Positions 28,563 through 39,187 of a DNA stretch of 64,000 nt are shown here, one piece after another (within the stretch, counting starts at the first letter, position 1; each line of letters opens with the position of its first letter). The translations under genes and the position numbers were made by a program. Source of the stretch: Nitrospirota bacterium (lineage in GTDB: Bacteria; Nitrospirota; Nitrospiria; JACQBZ01); the NCBI GenBank assembly GCA_016201865.1, contig JACQCA010000081.1, positions 9,546 through 73,545 of the forward strand. The letters run 5' to 3'. The notes beneath the pieces were generated by a model. That model did not search any database. It was not told the origin of the DNA and saw only the letters and a list, made by a program, of their open reading frames with translations.

Positions 28563-29561
28563 TTACCCCGTCAAGGCTCGTTTCAACCGGTCGGCCAGAA
28601 AATTCTGAAGATAGCCCTGCGCTTCCGGCAGTTCAAAACCGGCCGCGGCCGGATGTCCGCCGCCGCCGAACCGCCCGGATAGCCTCGCGAGATCCACCTC
28701 GCAGTCCGGCGTTTTGCGAAGACTGATCCGCTGGTCTTCCAGATTGTACAGAAGAAAAATTACGCGCGCCGTGTTCCGGTCGGAATTTTTCATCATCGCT
28801 TGACGGAGGGCCTCGGCCACCTCACTGGTGTATCCTTTGCATAACGCCGCCACAATCGTCAGACCGTCATCCGCCGTCTTTTCCAGACGGGTTCGGTTCG
28901 CCAGCGCGATGCTGTCCGAAAGTTCCCGGCTGGCCCGGCGATAGGCCTCCTGCATCCGAGGAGAATAACGGAGATCGGCATTCGTATGAAGGAGCTCCCG
29001 GTACGCAACCGTTCCTCCAAGCGCTGCGACCGTCAAGGCCAACTCTCTGGAACCCCGGCGCTGGTGCAACCATCGGTCGTTATCATCCGCCAGCAGGACC
29101 ACCTTTTCAAACCGCTTCAAACTCGACGGCGCCTTGCCCAGAAGCGCCTCGGCCGAAATTAAATAATCATACAAAAGTCTCGCAGCCGAGAATCGATTGC
29201 TGGCGACCCATCCGGTCAGACCGAGCGCTTGGATCTCCTCGTTATCTTTCTCAAGGGCGATGGTGTGGTGGTCGACCCAAAAGATTCTCCAGCCTTGACG
29301 GATCAGATCCTTAAAAAGCTTCCCGGTCTTTGGATCCTTCCAGGTGATGTCCGCAATCCAGAGATCCTGCGGCTCTTTCGAAGCCCGCGTCGCCTCTTCG
29401 ATCGCCCGATCCACATCGGAGGGATGGGTGAAAACGGGAGTAACCCTGGCTTCCCCGTAGAATCGCCCCACGCAGGCCGCAGCCGTGACCCCATCCAGGC
29501 AGAAGGGGCCGTGTGAGACGACGAGGGCCGATTTCTTTTTCCTCTCGGGCTGACGCTTCAC
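28563..29561 (-). CDS. DHH/DHHA1 phosphoesterase (NrnA-like nanoRNase/pAp phosphatase)
   Basis: DHH motif FWVDHHTIA and DHHA1 GGGH. Sits between rbfA and truB. Confidence 0.8.
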   Translation of the reverse strand: MKRQPERKKKSALVVSHGPFCLDGVTAAACVGRFYGEARVTPVFTHPSDVDRAIEEATRASKEPQDLWIADITWKDPKTGKLFKDLIRQGWRIFWVDHHTIALEKDNEEIQALGLTGWVASNRFSAARLLYDYLISAEALLGKAPSSLKRFEKVVLLADDNDRWLHQRRGSRELALTVAALGGTVAYRELLHTNADLRYSPRMQEAYRRASRELSDSIALANRTRLEKTADDGLTIVAALCKGYTSEVAEALRQAMMKNSDRNTARVIFLLYNLEDQRISLRKTPDCEVDLARLSGRFGGGGHPAAAGFELPEAQGYLQNFLADRLKRALTG

Positions 29562-29902
29562 GAGCGGGGCTCTTTCATTTCCTCCATGAGTTTATAGATC
29601 CGGGCCGCCTCCTCCGCCGTATGGTCTTCATGAAAACTCAACTCCGGAACAAACCGGAGCTTCAGCCTCCGCCCCAATTCAGTCCGTATAAACGGTCGGG
29701 CCGCATCAAGACCTTCAAAGGTCCGTCCGGCATCCGGTCCGAAGGCGCTGATGAAGACCTTGGCATTCCGCAAGTCGTCCGACACCTCGACCGCGGTGAC
29801 GGTGACAAACCCGATGCGGGGGTCCTTGACCTTCGTCATCAGGATATCGGCGATCTCCATTCGGATCTGATCGCCCACGCGCTCCGAGCGTTTATATTCG
29901 GC
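29558..29902 (-). CDS. rbfA: Ribosome-binding factor A
   Basis: MAEYKRSERVGDQIRMEIADIL. The track ORF is extended at the 5' end; the start was set at MAEY. Confidence 0.9.
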   Translation of the reverse strand, partial: AEYKRSERVGDQIRMEIADILMTKVKDPRIGFVTVTAVEVSDDLRNAKVFISAFGPDAGRTFEGLDAARPFIRTELGRRLKLRFVPELSFHEDHTAEEAARIYKLMEEMKEPRS

Positions 29903-29924
29903 CATGGAAGTCACCATCCTGTTC

Positions 29925-30206
29925 TCATAGCAATTCCAACCGGTAGTTGATGATCTCGACCCGCGGCGTCCCGCGGACGGCGCCGACCACCTTGTCCAGG
30001 ACCGAATGGATGTGGTCCTTCCGATTCCCGACGCACGCGATCCCCAAAACCGTTTTCTGCCAGAGGTCCTGACCATCCACCTCGGCGATCGAGACATTGA
30101 ATCGCTGCTTCACGCGGTCCTTGAGGCTTTTGAGAACCTGTCGTTTGTCTTTGAGTGATCCGTTGTCCGGAAGATACAATTCCATCATGCAAATGCCGAC
30201 GATCAT
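29925..30206 (-). CDS. DUF503 (YlxP-like) protein
   Basis: MIVGICMMELYLPDNGSLKDKRQVLKSLKDRV. The start was set at MIVG. Confidence 0.75.
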   Translation of the reverse strand: MIVGICMMELYLPDNGSLKDKRQVLKSLKDRVKQRFNVSIAEVDGQDLWQKTVLGIACVGNRKDHIHSVLDKVVGAVRGTPRVEIINYRLELL

Positions 30207-30223
30207 GTGAATTGCGGATGAGG

Positions 30224-32794
30224 TTAGAGTTTGGCGGCGATCTTGTCCACCACGAAGGCCTCGATCACATCTCCCACTTTGATGTCGTTGAAATTCTCGA
30301 CGCCGAGGCCGCATTCATATCCGGCCTGGACTTCGCGTGCATCGTCCTTAAAGCGCTTCAAGGAAGACAGCTTGCCCGTATAGATCACCACGTTGTCGCG
30401 CAGGACACGGACGCCCGTGCTGGCCCGCGAGATCGTTCCGTCGACGACGTAGGCGCCGGCAATGGCGCCCACCTTCGTGATGTTGAAGACCTGGCGCACC
30501 TCACACCGACCCGTCACTCGTTCCTTCAGCGTCGGTTCCAACAGCCCTTCCATCGCGGCGCGGACGTCGCCGATCGCATCGTAGATGACGTTGTAGGACC
30601 GAATATCCACCTTCTCCCGCTCCGCCAGGGCGGCCGCTTTGGCTTCCGGCCGAATGTTGAATCCGATAATGATGGCATTGGAGGCGCTGGCCAGGAGAAC
30701 ATCCGTCTCGGTGATCCCGCCGACCCCTCTGTGGATCACATTCAACTTGACCGACGGCGTGCTCAACTTGTTCAACGACTCGTTTAAGGCCTCGACCGAC
30801 CCCTGGACGTCCGCTCTTAAAACGAGATTCAATTCCTTCACCGTGCCTTCTTTGATCTGGTTGTAGAGATCCTCCAGCGTGATGCGCCGTTGTTGCGCGA
30901 GCCGGGCGGTGCGTTGTTTCTGCAGACGGTCGGTCGCGATCTCACGGGCCACCCGTTCCTCTCGAACCACCACAAACAAATCGCCGGCCTCCGGCACCCC
31001 CGGCAGACCGATCACCTCGACCGGATGCGACGGCCCGGCCGACGGAGCCTTCCGGCCTTCATCATCGATGAGGGCCCGGACGCGGCCGAAGAAGGTTCCC
31101 GCCACGAAGGCGTCTCCGACATGAAGGGTCCCGGACTGCACCAGCACCGTGGCCACCGGGCCGCGGCCTTTGTCCATCTTGGCCTCGATTACAATCCCCT
31201 TCGCCAACCGTTTCGGATCGGCCTTCAGCTCCAACACATCGGCCTGGAGCAGAATCATCTCGAGCAACGCATCCAGATTCAGTTTTTTCTTGGCTGATAC
31301 CTCCACGAAGATGGACTGGCCGCCCCAGGCCTCCGATAAAAGATTATGCTCGGCCAGAGAATTCTTCACCCGCTCCGGATTCGCCTCAGGCTTGTCGATC
31401 TTGTTGATCGCAACGATGATGGGGACGTTCGCCGCGCGGGCATGGTTGATCGCCTCGATCGTCTGGGGCATCACCCCGTCATCGGCCGCGACCACCAGGA
31501 CCACGATATCGGTCACCTTGGCTCCGCGCGCCCGCATGGCCGTGAAGGCCTCGTGCCCCGGGGTATCGAGAAAGACCACGGTCCGGTCGCCGACCTTCAA
31601 GGTATAGGCGCCGATGTGCTGCGTGATTCCGCCCGCCTCGCCGGCCGCGACCTTGGTCGACCGGATCGCATCCAAGAGCGAGGTTTTCCCATGATCCACA
31701 TGCCCCATAATCGTGACGACCGGAGGACGAGGTTTTCGCTCTTCTCCCTCCGAAGAGGCCTCCTCCGATAACAATTCCTCTTCCGTCTGTCCGTGAACAA
31801 TCTCGGCCTTGAGCCCGCAGCTTTCGGCGATCAGAACGCCGGCCGACAGATCCATCGGTTGATTGATCGTCGCCATGGTCCCCGTCTCGACCAGTTTGCG
31901 AATCACATCGGTCGTCTTCTGTCCGATCAGTTCCGCGAAATCCTTGACCGTCAGCCCTTCCGAGAGCTTGATCACCTTTTTACGGGGCTTGGTGATCTCG
32001 GCCACGCCGGCCGGCGCGGCCATCCTTCTTTGTTTTTCTTCACGACGTCCCGACGGACGGATATCCCGCCAACTGCTTAATTCATACTGATATTCCTGCA
32101 GGGGGTTTCCCTTGGTCTTTTTCGACTTCCGGATCTTCTTCCCGCGCTGCTTCAGCCGATCGGACAGCTCCTGCTTGGCCAATTCAAAAAGATCGGTCCT
32201 CAGAAGTTTCGGCTTCGAGGTCGGCGTTGCCATCGGAGGCGAAGGAGCGGCGGTCTCTTTCGCAGCAACGGCGGGCGCTGCCCTTTCTCGCACGGGCGGG
32301 TGCGCCGGCTCAACAGGATGGACGGCAACGGGGGGCGGCTCGGAGGCCGTCCGCGTATCGGAGATGGGCGGAGTTTCTCGAACCTCAGCGACCGACGGCG
32401 TTACGGTAACAGGCTCCAGAACCGGCTCGGCCTTTTTCTTGATCAGAATCCGGGTCTTTTTCTCCGGCTCCGGCGGAGGCGGCGGTTCGATTTTCTTCAG
32501 TCTCGCGACTTTCGGAACCGGCTTGACCGCTTTCTTCACCAGAGCGGAAGTTTTTGAGGCCTTGGCGGCCGTCGGCGCGGTTTTCGACGCCTTGGCCTTG
32601 CCCAAGCCTTCGACCGGTTTCTTGGTCTCCTTTGCAGGCGTCGCCGGTTTTTTGTGTTTTTCAAGAATCTGCTTGACGGCCGTTTCTTCCACCGTCGAGG
32701 ACACGCCGGAGGCGCGGCTGCCGAGGCGTTTCAGCTCGGCCAGCAGGTCCTTGGTACCGATATTAATCTTCTTGGCAAGTTCTGAAACTTTCAT
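30224..32794 (-). CDS. infB: Translation initiation factor IF-2
   Basis: G-domain [12 protein letters not shown]. Low-complexity Ala/Pro/Lys-rich N-terminus. Confidence 0.95.
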   Translation of the reverse strand: MKVSELAKKINIGTKDLLAELKRLGSRASGVSSTVEETAVKQILEKHKKPATPAKETKKPVEGLGKAKASKTAPTAAKASKTSALVKKAVKPVPKVARLKKIEPPPPPEPEKKTRILIKKKAEPVLEPVTVTPSVAEVRETPPISDTRTASEPPPVAVHPVEPAHPPVRERAAPAVAAKETAAPSPPMATPTSKPKLLRTDLFELAKQELSDRLKQRGKKIRKSKKTKGNPLQEYQYELSSWRDIRPSGRREEKQRRMAAPAGVAEITKPRKKVIKLSEGLTVKDFAELIGQKTTDVIRKLVETGTMATINQPMDLSAGVLIAESCGLKAEIVHGQTEEELLSEEASSEGEERKPRPPVVTIMGHVDHGKTSLLDAIRSTKVAAGEAGGITQHIGAYTLKVGDRTVVFLDTPGHEAFTAMRARGAKVTDIVVLVVAADDGVMPQTIEAINHARAANVPIIVAINKIDKPEANPERVKNSLAEHNLLSEAWGGQSIFVEVSAKKKLNLDALLEMILLQADVLELKADPKRLAKGIVIEAKMDKGRGPVATVLVQSGTLHVGDAFVAGTFFGRVRALIDDEGRKAPSAGPSHPVEVIGLPGVPEAGDLFVVVREERVAREIATDRLQKQRTARLAQQRRITLEDLYNQIKEGTVKELNLVLRADVQGSVEALNESLNKLSTPSVKLNVIHRGVGGITETDVLLASASNAIIIGFNIRPEAKAAALAEREKVDIRSYNVIYDAIGDVRAAMEGLLEPTLKERVTGRCEVRQVFNITKVGAIAGAYVVDGTISRASTGVRVLRDNVVIYTGKLSSLKRFKDDAREVQAGYECGLGVENFNDIKVGDVIEAFVVDKIAAKL

Positions 32795-32830
32795 CGTTTC
32801 CCTATCGCGGATAGACCATACGGCGTTCGA

Positions 32831-34288
32831 TCATACATCCGATGTTTTGTCCGTATCCGCCGCCGACGGTCGGTCCGGTTCTTGTCCGCCCGAATTCGAT
32901 CCCGAATCGTTCGGTCGTCCCTGCAACCGTTCTTGGGCCGCCGACAGAATCTTCTCGGCCGTTTTTTCGCCGATCTTGGGCACCTCCATCAGTTGCTCCC
33001 GGGTCGCCCCGGCGAGCTTTTCGATCGAGTCAAACCCGGCCGCCGTTAAAGCCTCCAGCAACTTTTTCCCGATCCCCGGAAGATCGATCGGCAAATCGCT
33101 TTTCTCCTCGCCCGCGCCCTCTTGAACGACGGCCGCATCAGCCGCAGCCCGCTCGGCATCCCGCGCCTTCTGTTTGGCCTCGGCCTCGGCCTGCACCCGG
33201 TGTTCGTGGGCAATCGCCTCTTCGATCTCCTCGGCGCGCTCCTGGGCGCGCTCTTTCTCATACTCGCTCTCACCCATGATGTCGATCTTCCAACCGGTCA
33301 GCTTGGCCGCCAGACGAACATTCTGGCCGTTCTTCCCGATCGCCAGCGAGAGCTGGTGATCCGAGACGACCACGAGCGCGGTCTTCTTTTCCTCATCGAT
33401 CCCGACCTTCTCGACCGCGGCCGGGTTTAAGGCCTCCCCGATGAAAACGCGCGGATCCGAGTTCCACGCAATGATGTCGATCTTTTCTCCGCGAAGCTCG
33501 CGCACCACGGCCTGAACGCGGGAGCCTTTGACTCCCACGCAGGCCCCGACCGGATCTACGGCCTGATCCTTCGAGAAGACGGCGATCTTCGTCCGGTCGC
33601 CGGGTTCCCGCACGATGCCCCTGATCTCGACGATCTTCTCGGCCACCTCCGGCACCTCCAGACGAAACAGCTCGGCCACAAAATTAGGATGGGTCCTGGA
33701 CAGAATGATCTGCGGCCCTTTGGCCGATTTTTTGACTTCCAGAAGCAGCGCCCGGATCCGGTCGCCTCGGCGGTAGTTCTCGCGCGGGGCTTGCTCCGAG
33801 ACCGGGAGAAGCGCCTCGGTCTTGCCGACTTCGACGATGTAATTCCGCCGCTCCTGTCCCAGCACGATGCCGTTGACCATTTCACCCTCGCGACCCGAGT
33901 ACTCTTTGTAAACGGCCTCCCACTCGGCCTCGCGGACGCGTTGGAAGATGATCTGTTTCGCCGTCTGCGCCGCGATCCGCCCGAAGTCTCCCGTCTCCAA
34001 AACAAGGCCGATCTCATCGCCCAGTTCGGCGCCGCTGTCCACGTTCTTTGCCTCGTCCAACGAGATCTCCTGCTTGGAATCGGTCACCGTCTCGACCACC
34101 TTTCGCAGGGCGACCACCTCGATCTCTCCGGTCTGGCGATCAAGCCGCACCTGGACGTTCTCATTGGCCCCGTACCGCTTTTTAGCGGCGGTCTGCACCG
34201 CCATCTCGACCGCGCTGACGATTTTCTGGCTCTCGATTCCTTTTTCCCGGCCGATCTGCTCGATCACGGCCAGCAATTCCCGATTCAT
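32831..34288 (-). CDS. nusA: Transcription termination/antitermination factor NusA
   Basis: S1 and KH domains, with a long acidic C-terminal extension. Confidence 0.95.
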   Translation of the reverse strand: MNRELLAVIEQIGREKGIESQKIVSAVEMAVQTAAKKRYGANENVQVRLDRQTGEIEVVALRKVVETVTDSKQEISLDEAKNVDSGAELGDEIGLVLETGDFGRIAAQTAKQIIFQRVREAEWEAVYKEYSGREGEMVNGIVLGQERRNYIVEVGKTEALLPVSEQAPRENYRRGDRIRALLLEVKKSAKGPQIILSRTHPNFVAELFRLEVPEVAEKIVEIRGIVREPGDRTKIAVFSKDQAVDPVGACVGVKGSRVQAVVRELRGEKIDIIAWNSDPRVFIGEALNPAAVEKVGIDEEKKTALVVVSDHQLSLAIGKNGQNVRLAAKLTGWKIDIMGESEYEKERAQERAEEIEEAIAHEHRVQAEAEAKQKARDAERAAADAAVVQEGAGEEKSDLPIDLPGIGKKLLEALTAAGFDSIEKLAGATREQLMEVPKIGEKTAEKILSAAQERLQGRPNDSGSNSGGQEPDRPSAADTDKTSDV

Positions 34289-34301
34289 GAATGCCTTCTC
34301 C

Positions 34302-34796
34302 TTATTTGCCCTGCCACTCGATTTCCAACCGTGCCTGTGCGATATCCGCCAGCGCGATTTGAACCGGATCGCGGTCGTCCGGTTTCAGTTCCACGCGATC
34401 CGCCTCAAGGCCCAGCAACCGGCCGACGATCACCCATTCCCCATTCAACGGTCGGACCAGCTTCAGCCGGATCAATTTTCCGGTAGACCGCCGGTAATCC
34501 TCAACCTTGCGCAACAGCCGATCCAATCCGGGAGACGACACCTCCAGCGTATACGAACTCGGAATGGGGTCCGCCGCATCCAGCGCATAACCGACATACC
34601 GGCTGACCTGTTCACAGTCATCCACATTCACGCCGCCGGCCTTGTCGATGAAAATCCGGAGATGGCTTCCCTTCCCGCGACCGGACAGTTCCAGATCAAC
34701 CAGTTCCAGACTCATGGAACTGAGTATGGGGACCACAACCTCCCGAATCCGGTCAACGATTGCTTGAGCTTCTTGAGCCATCCCAAATCGCGTCAA
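34302..34796 (-). CDS. rimP: Ribosome maturation factor RimP
   Basis: MAQEAQAIVDRIREVVVPILSSMSLELVDLEL. The true start may be the internal M at ~34781. Confidence 0.85.
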   Translation of the reverse strand: MTRFGMAQEAQAIVDRIREVVVPILSSMSLELVDLELSGRGKGSHLRIFIDKAGGVNVDDCEQVSRYVGYALDAADPIPSSYTLEVSSPGLDRLLRKVEDYRRSTGKLIRLKLVRPLNGEWVIVGRLLGLEADRVELKPDDRDPVQIALADIAQARLEIEWQGK

Positions 34797-34802
34797 ATGA
34801 AA

Positions 34803-34840
34803 AAAGTGGGCGGAACCTCACCCACTTTTACGACCTTTTT
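34803..34840 (-). terminator. Hairpin plus U-tract (minus strand) between the aminotransferase gene and rimP
   Basis: Minus strand reads AAGTGGG-tgaggttccg-CCCACTTTTTCATT. Confidence 0.45.
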
Positions 34841-34932
34841 TATATCACATCATAAATGAAAAAGCAAGGGCAAACTCGATAACGCCCCGACCCAGCCGTC
34901 GGCATGGACCCGGAAACGGTAAAAAGGTTGGC

Positions 34933-35775
34933 TTAAGGGCGAGTGGTCTGAAGAAACTGCTGATAGAGTCGTAGGGTCGTCTTGCCGGGTCGGCCGTTGC
35001 TGATGGTTTTTCCGTCCACCTTCACGACCGGCAGTATCTCCACGGTTGTCCCGGTGAGGAAAACCTCTTCGGCCCCGTAAAGCTCCTCCAGGGGGATTCC
35101 TTTTTCAACGAACGCATCGCGGGCCCCGCAGGCCAAATCGATCACCAAGTCGCGCGTGATGCCAGGCAGGATGGCCGGTCCTTTCGGCGGCGTCATGATC
35201 TGTCCTCGGATCACGGCAAAGAGATTGGAGCCGGCCCCTTCCATGACCAGCCCGTCCCGGATGAAGAGCGCCTCGAACGCGCCGGCCGATCTCGCTTTCT
35301 GGCGGGCCATCACATTGGGAAGCAGGTTGACCGATTTGATGTCGCACCGTCCCCACCGCAGGTCGGCCGCCGTAATGACCGACGCCCCTTTCTCACGGAG
35401 TTCGGACGGCAGCGGGACCAACTTCCGGACCGTCACAATCACGCTCATGCGGGATTTTTTCGGGAACGAATGATCCCGAGGGGCTGCCCCCCGCGTGATC
35501 TGGATATAAAGTTTGGCCTCCGGATAGCCGCTCTGCGCATGGGCCTTTTCCAAAATTTCTTTCCATCGAGATCTTGAATAGACGATCGAGAGGCCGATCG
35601 CCTTGGCGCTGTGATCCAGCCGTTCAAGATGCTCTTGAAGATGAAAGATCCGCCCCCCATAGGTCCGGGCCAGTTCGTAGATGCCGTCGCCGAACTGAAA
35701 GCCGCGGTCTTCGACCGAGACCTTGGCCCGGGCCAGCGGCATGAAACGTCCATTCACAAACGCGATGTTCGGCAT
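34933..35775 (-). CDS. Class IV aminotransferase (branched-chain/D-amino-acid aminotransferase family)
   Basis: MPNIAFVNGRFMPL...EDRGFQFGDGIYE. The start was set at MPNI with SD GGAGA. Confidence 0.8.
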   Translation of the reverse strand: MPNIAFVNGRFMPLARAKVSVEDRGFQFGDGIYELARTYGGRIFHLQEHLERLDHSAKAIGLSIVYSRSRWKEILEKAHAQSGYPEAKLYIQITRGAAPRDHSFPKKSRMSVIVTVRKLVPLPSELREKGASVITAADLRWGRCDIKSVNLLPNVMARQKARSAGAFEALFIRDGLVMEGAGSNLFAVIRGQIMTPPKGPAILPGITRDLVIDLACGARDAFVEKGIPLEELYGAEEVFLTGTTVEILPVVKVDGKTISNGRPGKTTLRLYQQFLQTTRP

Positions 35776-35791
35776 GATTTCTCCGATCTGA

Positions 35792-35816
35792 AATCTCAAA
35801 TTTCAAATTTGAGATT
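35792..35816. repeat. Intercistronic perfect palindrome AATCTCAAATTT-C-AAATTTGAGATT
   Basis: It overlaps the stop codon of the 35815..36543 gene and ends 11 nt before the downstream SD. It shares the ATTTCAAAT core with family A. Confidence 0.6.
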
Positions 35817-36543
35817 ACTTCTTCCTCATCAGCAGATGCCAGAAGACGTACAGTCCGTCGGCTTTTTCTTCCGCCTTCAAAATTTCAAACTGTTTTCCGA
35901 AAAGCGCCCTGAAATCCCGTTTCCGGAAGAACCGGTCATAGTGACCCTTGTGGACCAGCCAGTGACGACGGCGTTTCTCACCCGGATGGTGTTTAAAACG
36001 GGTCGAAAAGCACGAGAGGATGAAATAGCCGCCCGGCTTCAAACACGGGATCACGCTTTCGAGATAGCGCCGCGTATCGCCGATCTTCACGTGATGCAGG
36101 CAACCGTAATCGATGATGCCGTCGAACGAGTTGGGAGGGAACGGCAGTCGAAACGCATCGCCCACCCTGAACCGGAAACGGCCGCTGATTTTTTGCCGTT
36201 TCGCAAAGGATCGGGCCCGTCGGATCGCCAGCGGCTCGTAATCGAGGCCCACGGCATCGAAGCCTTCCCGAGCGCTTGCCAGCGTATGCCGACCCTCGCC
36301 GCAGCCCAAATCCAGAATCCGGCCGCGGCCTGAAGCGGCTGCCGTTTTGATCCGAGTCAAGGCCCGAAGGACAAACGGCGTCGGACCGACGGTCGGCCAT
36401 CCATGCACGCCGGTTTCATAGGCCTTCTCGAAATATTTTTTCTGCTTCTGATACAGTCCCACAACTCGGCTCCCGCGAGCATCCCAAACCTCGCCCAGTG
36501 TACAGCGCCGAACCGGCCGCGTCAAGGGGTGTTCGGTTGACAT
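35815..36543 (-). CDS. Class I SAM-dependent methyltransferase
   Basis: ILDLGCGEGRHT...DGIIDYGCLHH. Confidence 0.8.
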   Translation of the reverse strand: MSTEHPLTRPVRRCTLGEVWDARGSRVVGLYQKQKKYFEKAYETGVHGWPTVGPTPFVLRALTRIKTAAASGRGRILDLGCGEGRHTLASAREGFDAVGLDYEPLAIRRARSFAKRQKISGRFRFRVGDAFRLPFPPNSFDGIIDYGCLHHVKIGDTRRYLESVIPCLKPGGYFILSCFSTRFKHHPGEKRRRHWLVHKGHYDRFFRKRDFRALFGKQFEILKAEEKADGLYVFWHLLMRKK

Positions 36544-36571
36544 TTTATGGACGGTATCGCATACTCCGCGT

Positions 36572-37003
36572 ATGCGAAAAACGGCTTTGCTGATCTTCTT
36601 CCTCCTGATCGCCGTTTCCGGCCGGGGACAAGAACCCGCCCCGACGACCTCGCTGGCCCTTCCGGACGGAAAGACCCTTCGAGTCGAGATCGCCCGGACG
36701 CCGGTGGAACAGGCCCGCGGATTGATGTTCCGCGCGACCCTCCCGGAGGATCACGGAATGCTGTTTATCTTCGACCGGACGGAGGCGCATCGGTTCTGGA
36801 TGAAGAATACCTTGATCCCACTGGACATCGTCTGGATGGATCAGCGGAAGCGGATCATCCATATCGAATACCAGGTTCCGCCCTGCAAGCGTGATCCCTG
36901 CCCGGTCTACGGGCCGTCGGCCGAAAGCCTCTATGTGCTGGAGGTCAATGCGGGCGTTGCTCAAAAGGGGGGGCTGCGGATCGGGACAGCGCTTCCGTTT
37001 TAG
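36572..37003 (+). CDS. DUF192 secreted protein
   Basis: Signal peptide, then IFDRTEAHRFWMKNTLIPLDIVWMD. Confidence 0.8.
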   Translation: MRKTALLIFFLLIAVSGRGQEPAPTTSLALPDGKTLRVEIARTPVEQARGLMFRATLPEDHGMLFIFDRTEAHRFWMKNTLIPLDIVWMDQRKRIIHIEYQVPPCKRDPCPVYGPSAESLYVLEVNAGVAQKGGLRIGTALPF

Positions 37004-37020
37004 ACCTATCCTGTCGTCGG

Positions 37021-39186
37021 TTAACCTTGTCGCACCCGCTTGGCCTGGACGACACCGTCCACCGTCCGGATGCTCTTCAAGACCTTCTCCAACTGGCCGA
37101 CATTCACGATCTCCACAACGAAGTTCAAGACGGCCTTCTTGTCCTCGGTGGTGGTGATATCGGCATGGCTGATATTGGCCTTGGCCGCGGTGATCGCGGC
37201 GGAGACCAAGGCCAGCATGCCCTGCCGGTCTACGGTCAAGACCGAGATTTTGACGGAATAGGCCGTTGTGTCCTTCGTATCCCAATGGACCTCGACGATG
37301 CGGTCCTTATCGTAGTCCAGCTCGTCGATGTTGGGACAGTCCACGGTATGGACCGAGAGTCCCCTTCCGCGCGTGACGAAACCGATGATCCGGTCCCCCG
37401 GCACCGGGTTGCAACATTTGGAGAGATGGACCAGCAGGTCGCCGAGGCCTTTGATCTTGACCCCGGCGGGGTGAATGCCGATCTTCCGGATGAACTTGTC
37501 GGCCAGGCCTTCCTTCAGAGCGGCCGCCGGCTGCAGGTGCCGGATCACCTGCTCGGTCGTGATTCGTCCGTAGCCGATCGCGATCAGCAGGTCGTCCGGC
37601 GTCGCAATCCCGAATTCCTTGGAAAGCGCCGTCAGATGCTCCGGCTTAAACGCCTCGGTCGGGCTCAGGTTGTGGCGGTGAAGCGCCCGATCGAGCAGTT
37701 TCTTGCCCATGTCCAGGCTCCGGATGCGTTCCTCGGTCTTGATCCAATGTTTGATCTTGGCCTTGGCGCGCGCCGTCCGAACCCACTTCAGCCAATCCTT
37801 GGTGGGCGTCTGATTGGGCGAGGTCGTAATCTCGACGGAATCGCCGCTCTGGAGGTGATACCGCAACGGGACCAGTTTTCCGTTCACCTTCGCGCCCGTG
37901 CAGCGGTTTCCGACCTCGGTATGAACGCTGTAGGCGAAATCAATCGGACACGACCCCTTGGCCAGCTCCTTGACATCCCCCCTCGGTGTGAAGACATAGA
38001 TGACGTCCGGGAAAAGATCCATCTTGACCGAATCCATAAACTGGCGGTTGTCGGCCAGGTCGTGTTGCCATTCGACCAACTGCCGCAGCCATCCGAAGAC
38101 CCGGTCCGTCTTCTGATCGATCTGGCCCTTTTCCTTGTATTTCCAGTGCGCCGCGATTCCCTCCTCCGCCACCCGGTGCATCTCCTCGGTGCGGATCTGG
38201 ATCTCGACGTGATGCCCCTGGGGACCGACCACCGTCGTATGGAGGGATTGGTAGCCGTTCGATTTCGGCACGCCGATGTAGTCCTTGAAGCGGCCCGGGA
38301 CCGGCCGCCAGAGGGAATGGGCCATGCCGAGGATGGCGTAACAGTTCATCTTGGTATCCGTGATGATCCGGACCGCCGCCAGGTCGTAAACCTCTTCAAA
38401 GGGAATTCCCTGCCGTTCCATCTTCTGGTAAATCCCGAACAGGTGTTTGGACCGGCCCACCACATGGCCCGTAAAACCGTATTCGGCGAGATTCTTCTGG
38501 ACGATCTTGCTGAACTCCTGGATATACTTCTCGCGCATCTCCTGCCGCTGGGCCACCTTCTTGACCAGGTTGTTGTGCACCTCGGGCTTGAGGTAGCATA
38601 AACAGAGATCTTCCAACTCGGTCCGCATCCATCCGATCCCCAGCCGATTGGCCAGCGGGGCATAGATATCCAGCGTCTCCTGCGCAATGCGTTTCTGTTT
38701 ATCCTCGGGCAGGTAGTGAAGGGTTCGCATGTTGTGGAGACGGTCGGCGAGTTTGATCAGAATCACGCGGATGTCTTCCGACATCGACAGGAGCATCTTG
38801 CGGAAGTTCTCGGCCTGTTTTTCTTCGTGCGTCCTGAACTCGATCTTGCCGATCTTGGTGACACCGTCCACGAGATGGGCCACATCCGGTCCGAACCGCT
38901 GTTCGATCTCGGCCCTGGAGACCTCCGAATCCTCCATGGTGTCGTGGAGCAATCCGGCCACGATCGAAGGAACGTCCAGCTTAAGCTCGACGATGATCCG
39001 GGCCGTCTGGAGCGGGTGCTGAAGAAACGGCTCGCCCGACTCGCGCTTCTGTCCGGCATGGGCCTTGGCCGAGAAGTCGTACGCCTCTGTGATCGGTTGG
39101 GCATCGGCCTGGGCATTGTAGCCGCGAAGCGCCTGAATGATCGATTCCACCGAAATGGGCTGCATAACTCGAAGCTTCAAGGCCAT
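37021..39186 (-). CDS. rel: Bifunctional (p)ppGpp synthetase/hydrolase RelA/SpoT
   Basis: HD domain, synthetase domain, TGS and ACT. Length 721 aa. Confidence 0.95.
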   Translation of the reverse strand: MALKLRVMQPISVESIIQALRGYNAQADAQPITEAYDFSAKAHAGQKRESGEPFLQHPLQTARIIVELKLDVPSIVAGLLHDTMEDSEVSRAEIEQRFGPDVAHLVDGVTKIGKIEFRTHEEKQAENFRKMLLSMSEDIRVILIKLADRLHNMRTLHYLPEDKQKRIAQETLDIYAPLANRLGIGWMRTELEDLCLCYLKPEVHNNLVKKVAQRQEMREKYIQEFSKIVQKNLAEYGFTGHVVGRSKHLFGIYQKMERQGIPFEEVYDLAAVRIITDTKMNCYAILGMAHSLWRPVPGRFKDYIGVPKSNGYQSLHTTVVGPQGHHVEIQIRTEEMHRVAEEGIAAHWKYKEKGQIDQKTDRVFGWLRQLVEWQHDLADNRQFMDSVKMDLFPDVIYVFTPRGDVKELAKGSCPIDFAYSVHTEVGNRCTGAKVNGKLVPLRYHLQSGDSVEITTSPNQTPTKDWLKWVRTARAKAKIKHWIKTEERIRSLDMGKKLLDRALHRHNLSPTEAFKPEHLTALSKEFGIATPDDLLIAIGYGRITTEQVIRHLQPAAALKEGLADKFIRKIGIHPAGVKIKGLGDLLVHLSKCCNPVPGDRIIGFVTRGRGLSVHTVDCPNIDELDYDKDRIVEVHWDTKDTTAYSVKISVLTVDRQGMLALVSAAITAAKANISHADITTTEDKKAVLNFVVEIVNVGQLEKVLKSIRTVDGVVQAKRVRQG

Positions 39187-39187
39187 C

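Noticed and set aside
32100-32800. Repetitive, low-complexity DNA at the infB 5' end
   Set aside because: It encodes the usual Ala/Pro/Lys-rich IF-2 N-terminal region. It is not a repeat element or CRISPR.
37027-38601. A 524-aa plus-strand ORF, and similar long ORFs at 46852..47970, 51372..52322, 32112..33125, 7083..8584, 9143..9937, 24016..24867, 35611..36333, 33689..34859, 43911..44894 and 45498..46283
   Set aside because: All lie antisense to strongly supported genes (relA, secD, moeA, infB, lipoproteins, M16, nusA, DnaJ, secF). Their compositions are Arg/Pro/Gly-rich and low-complexity, which is typical of spurious antisense ORFs in high-GC DNA.
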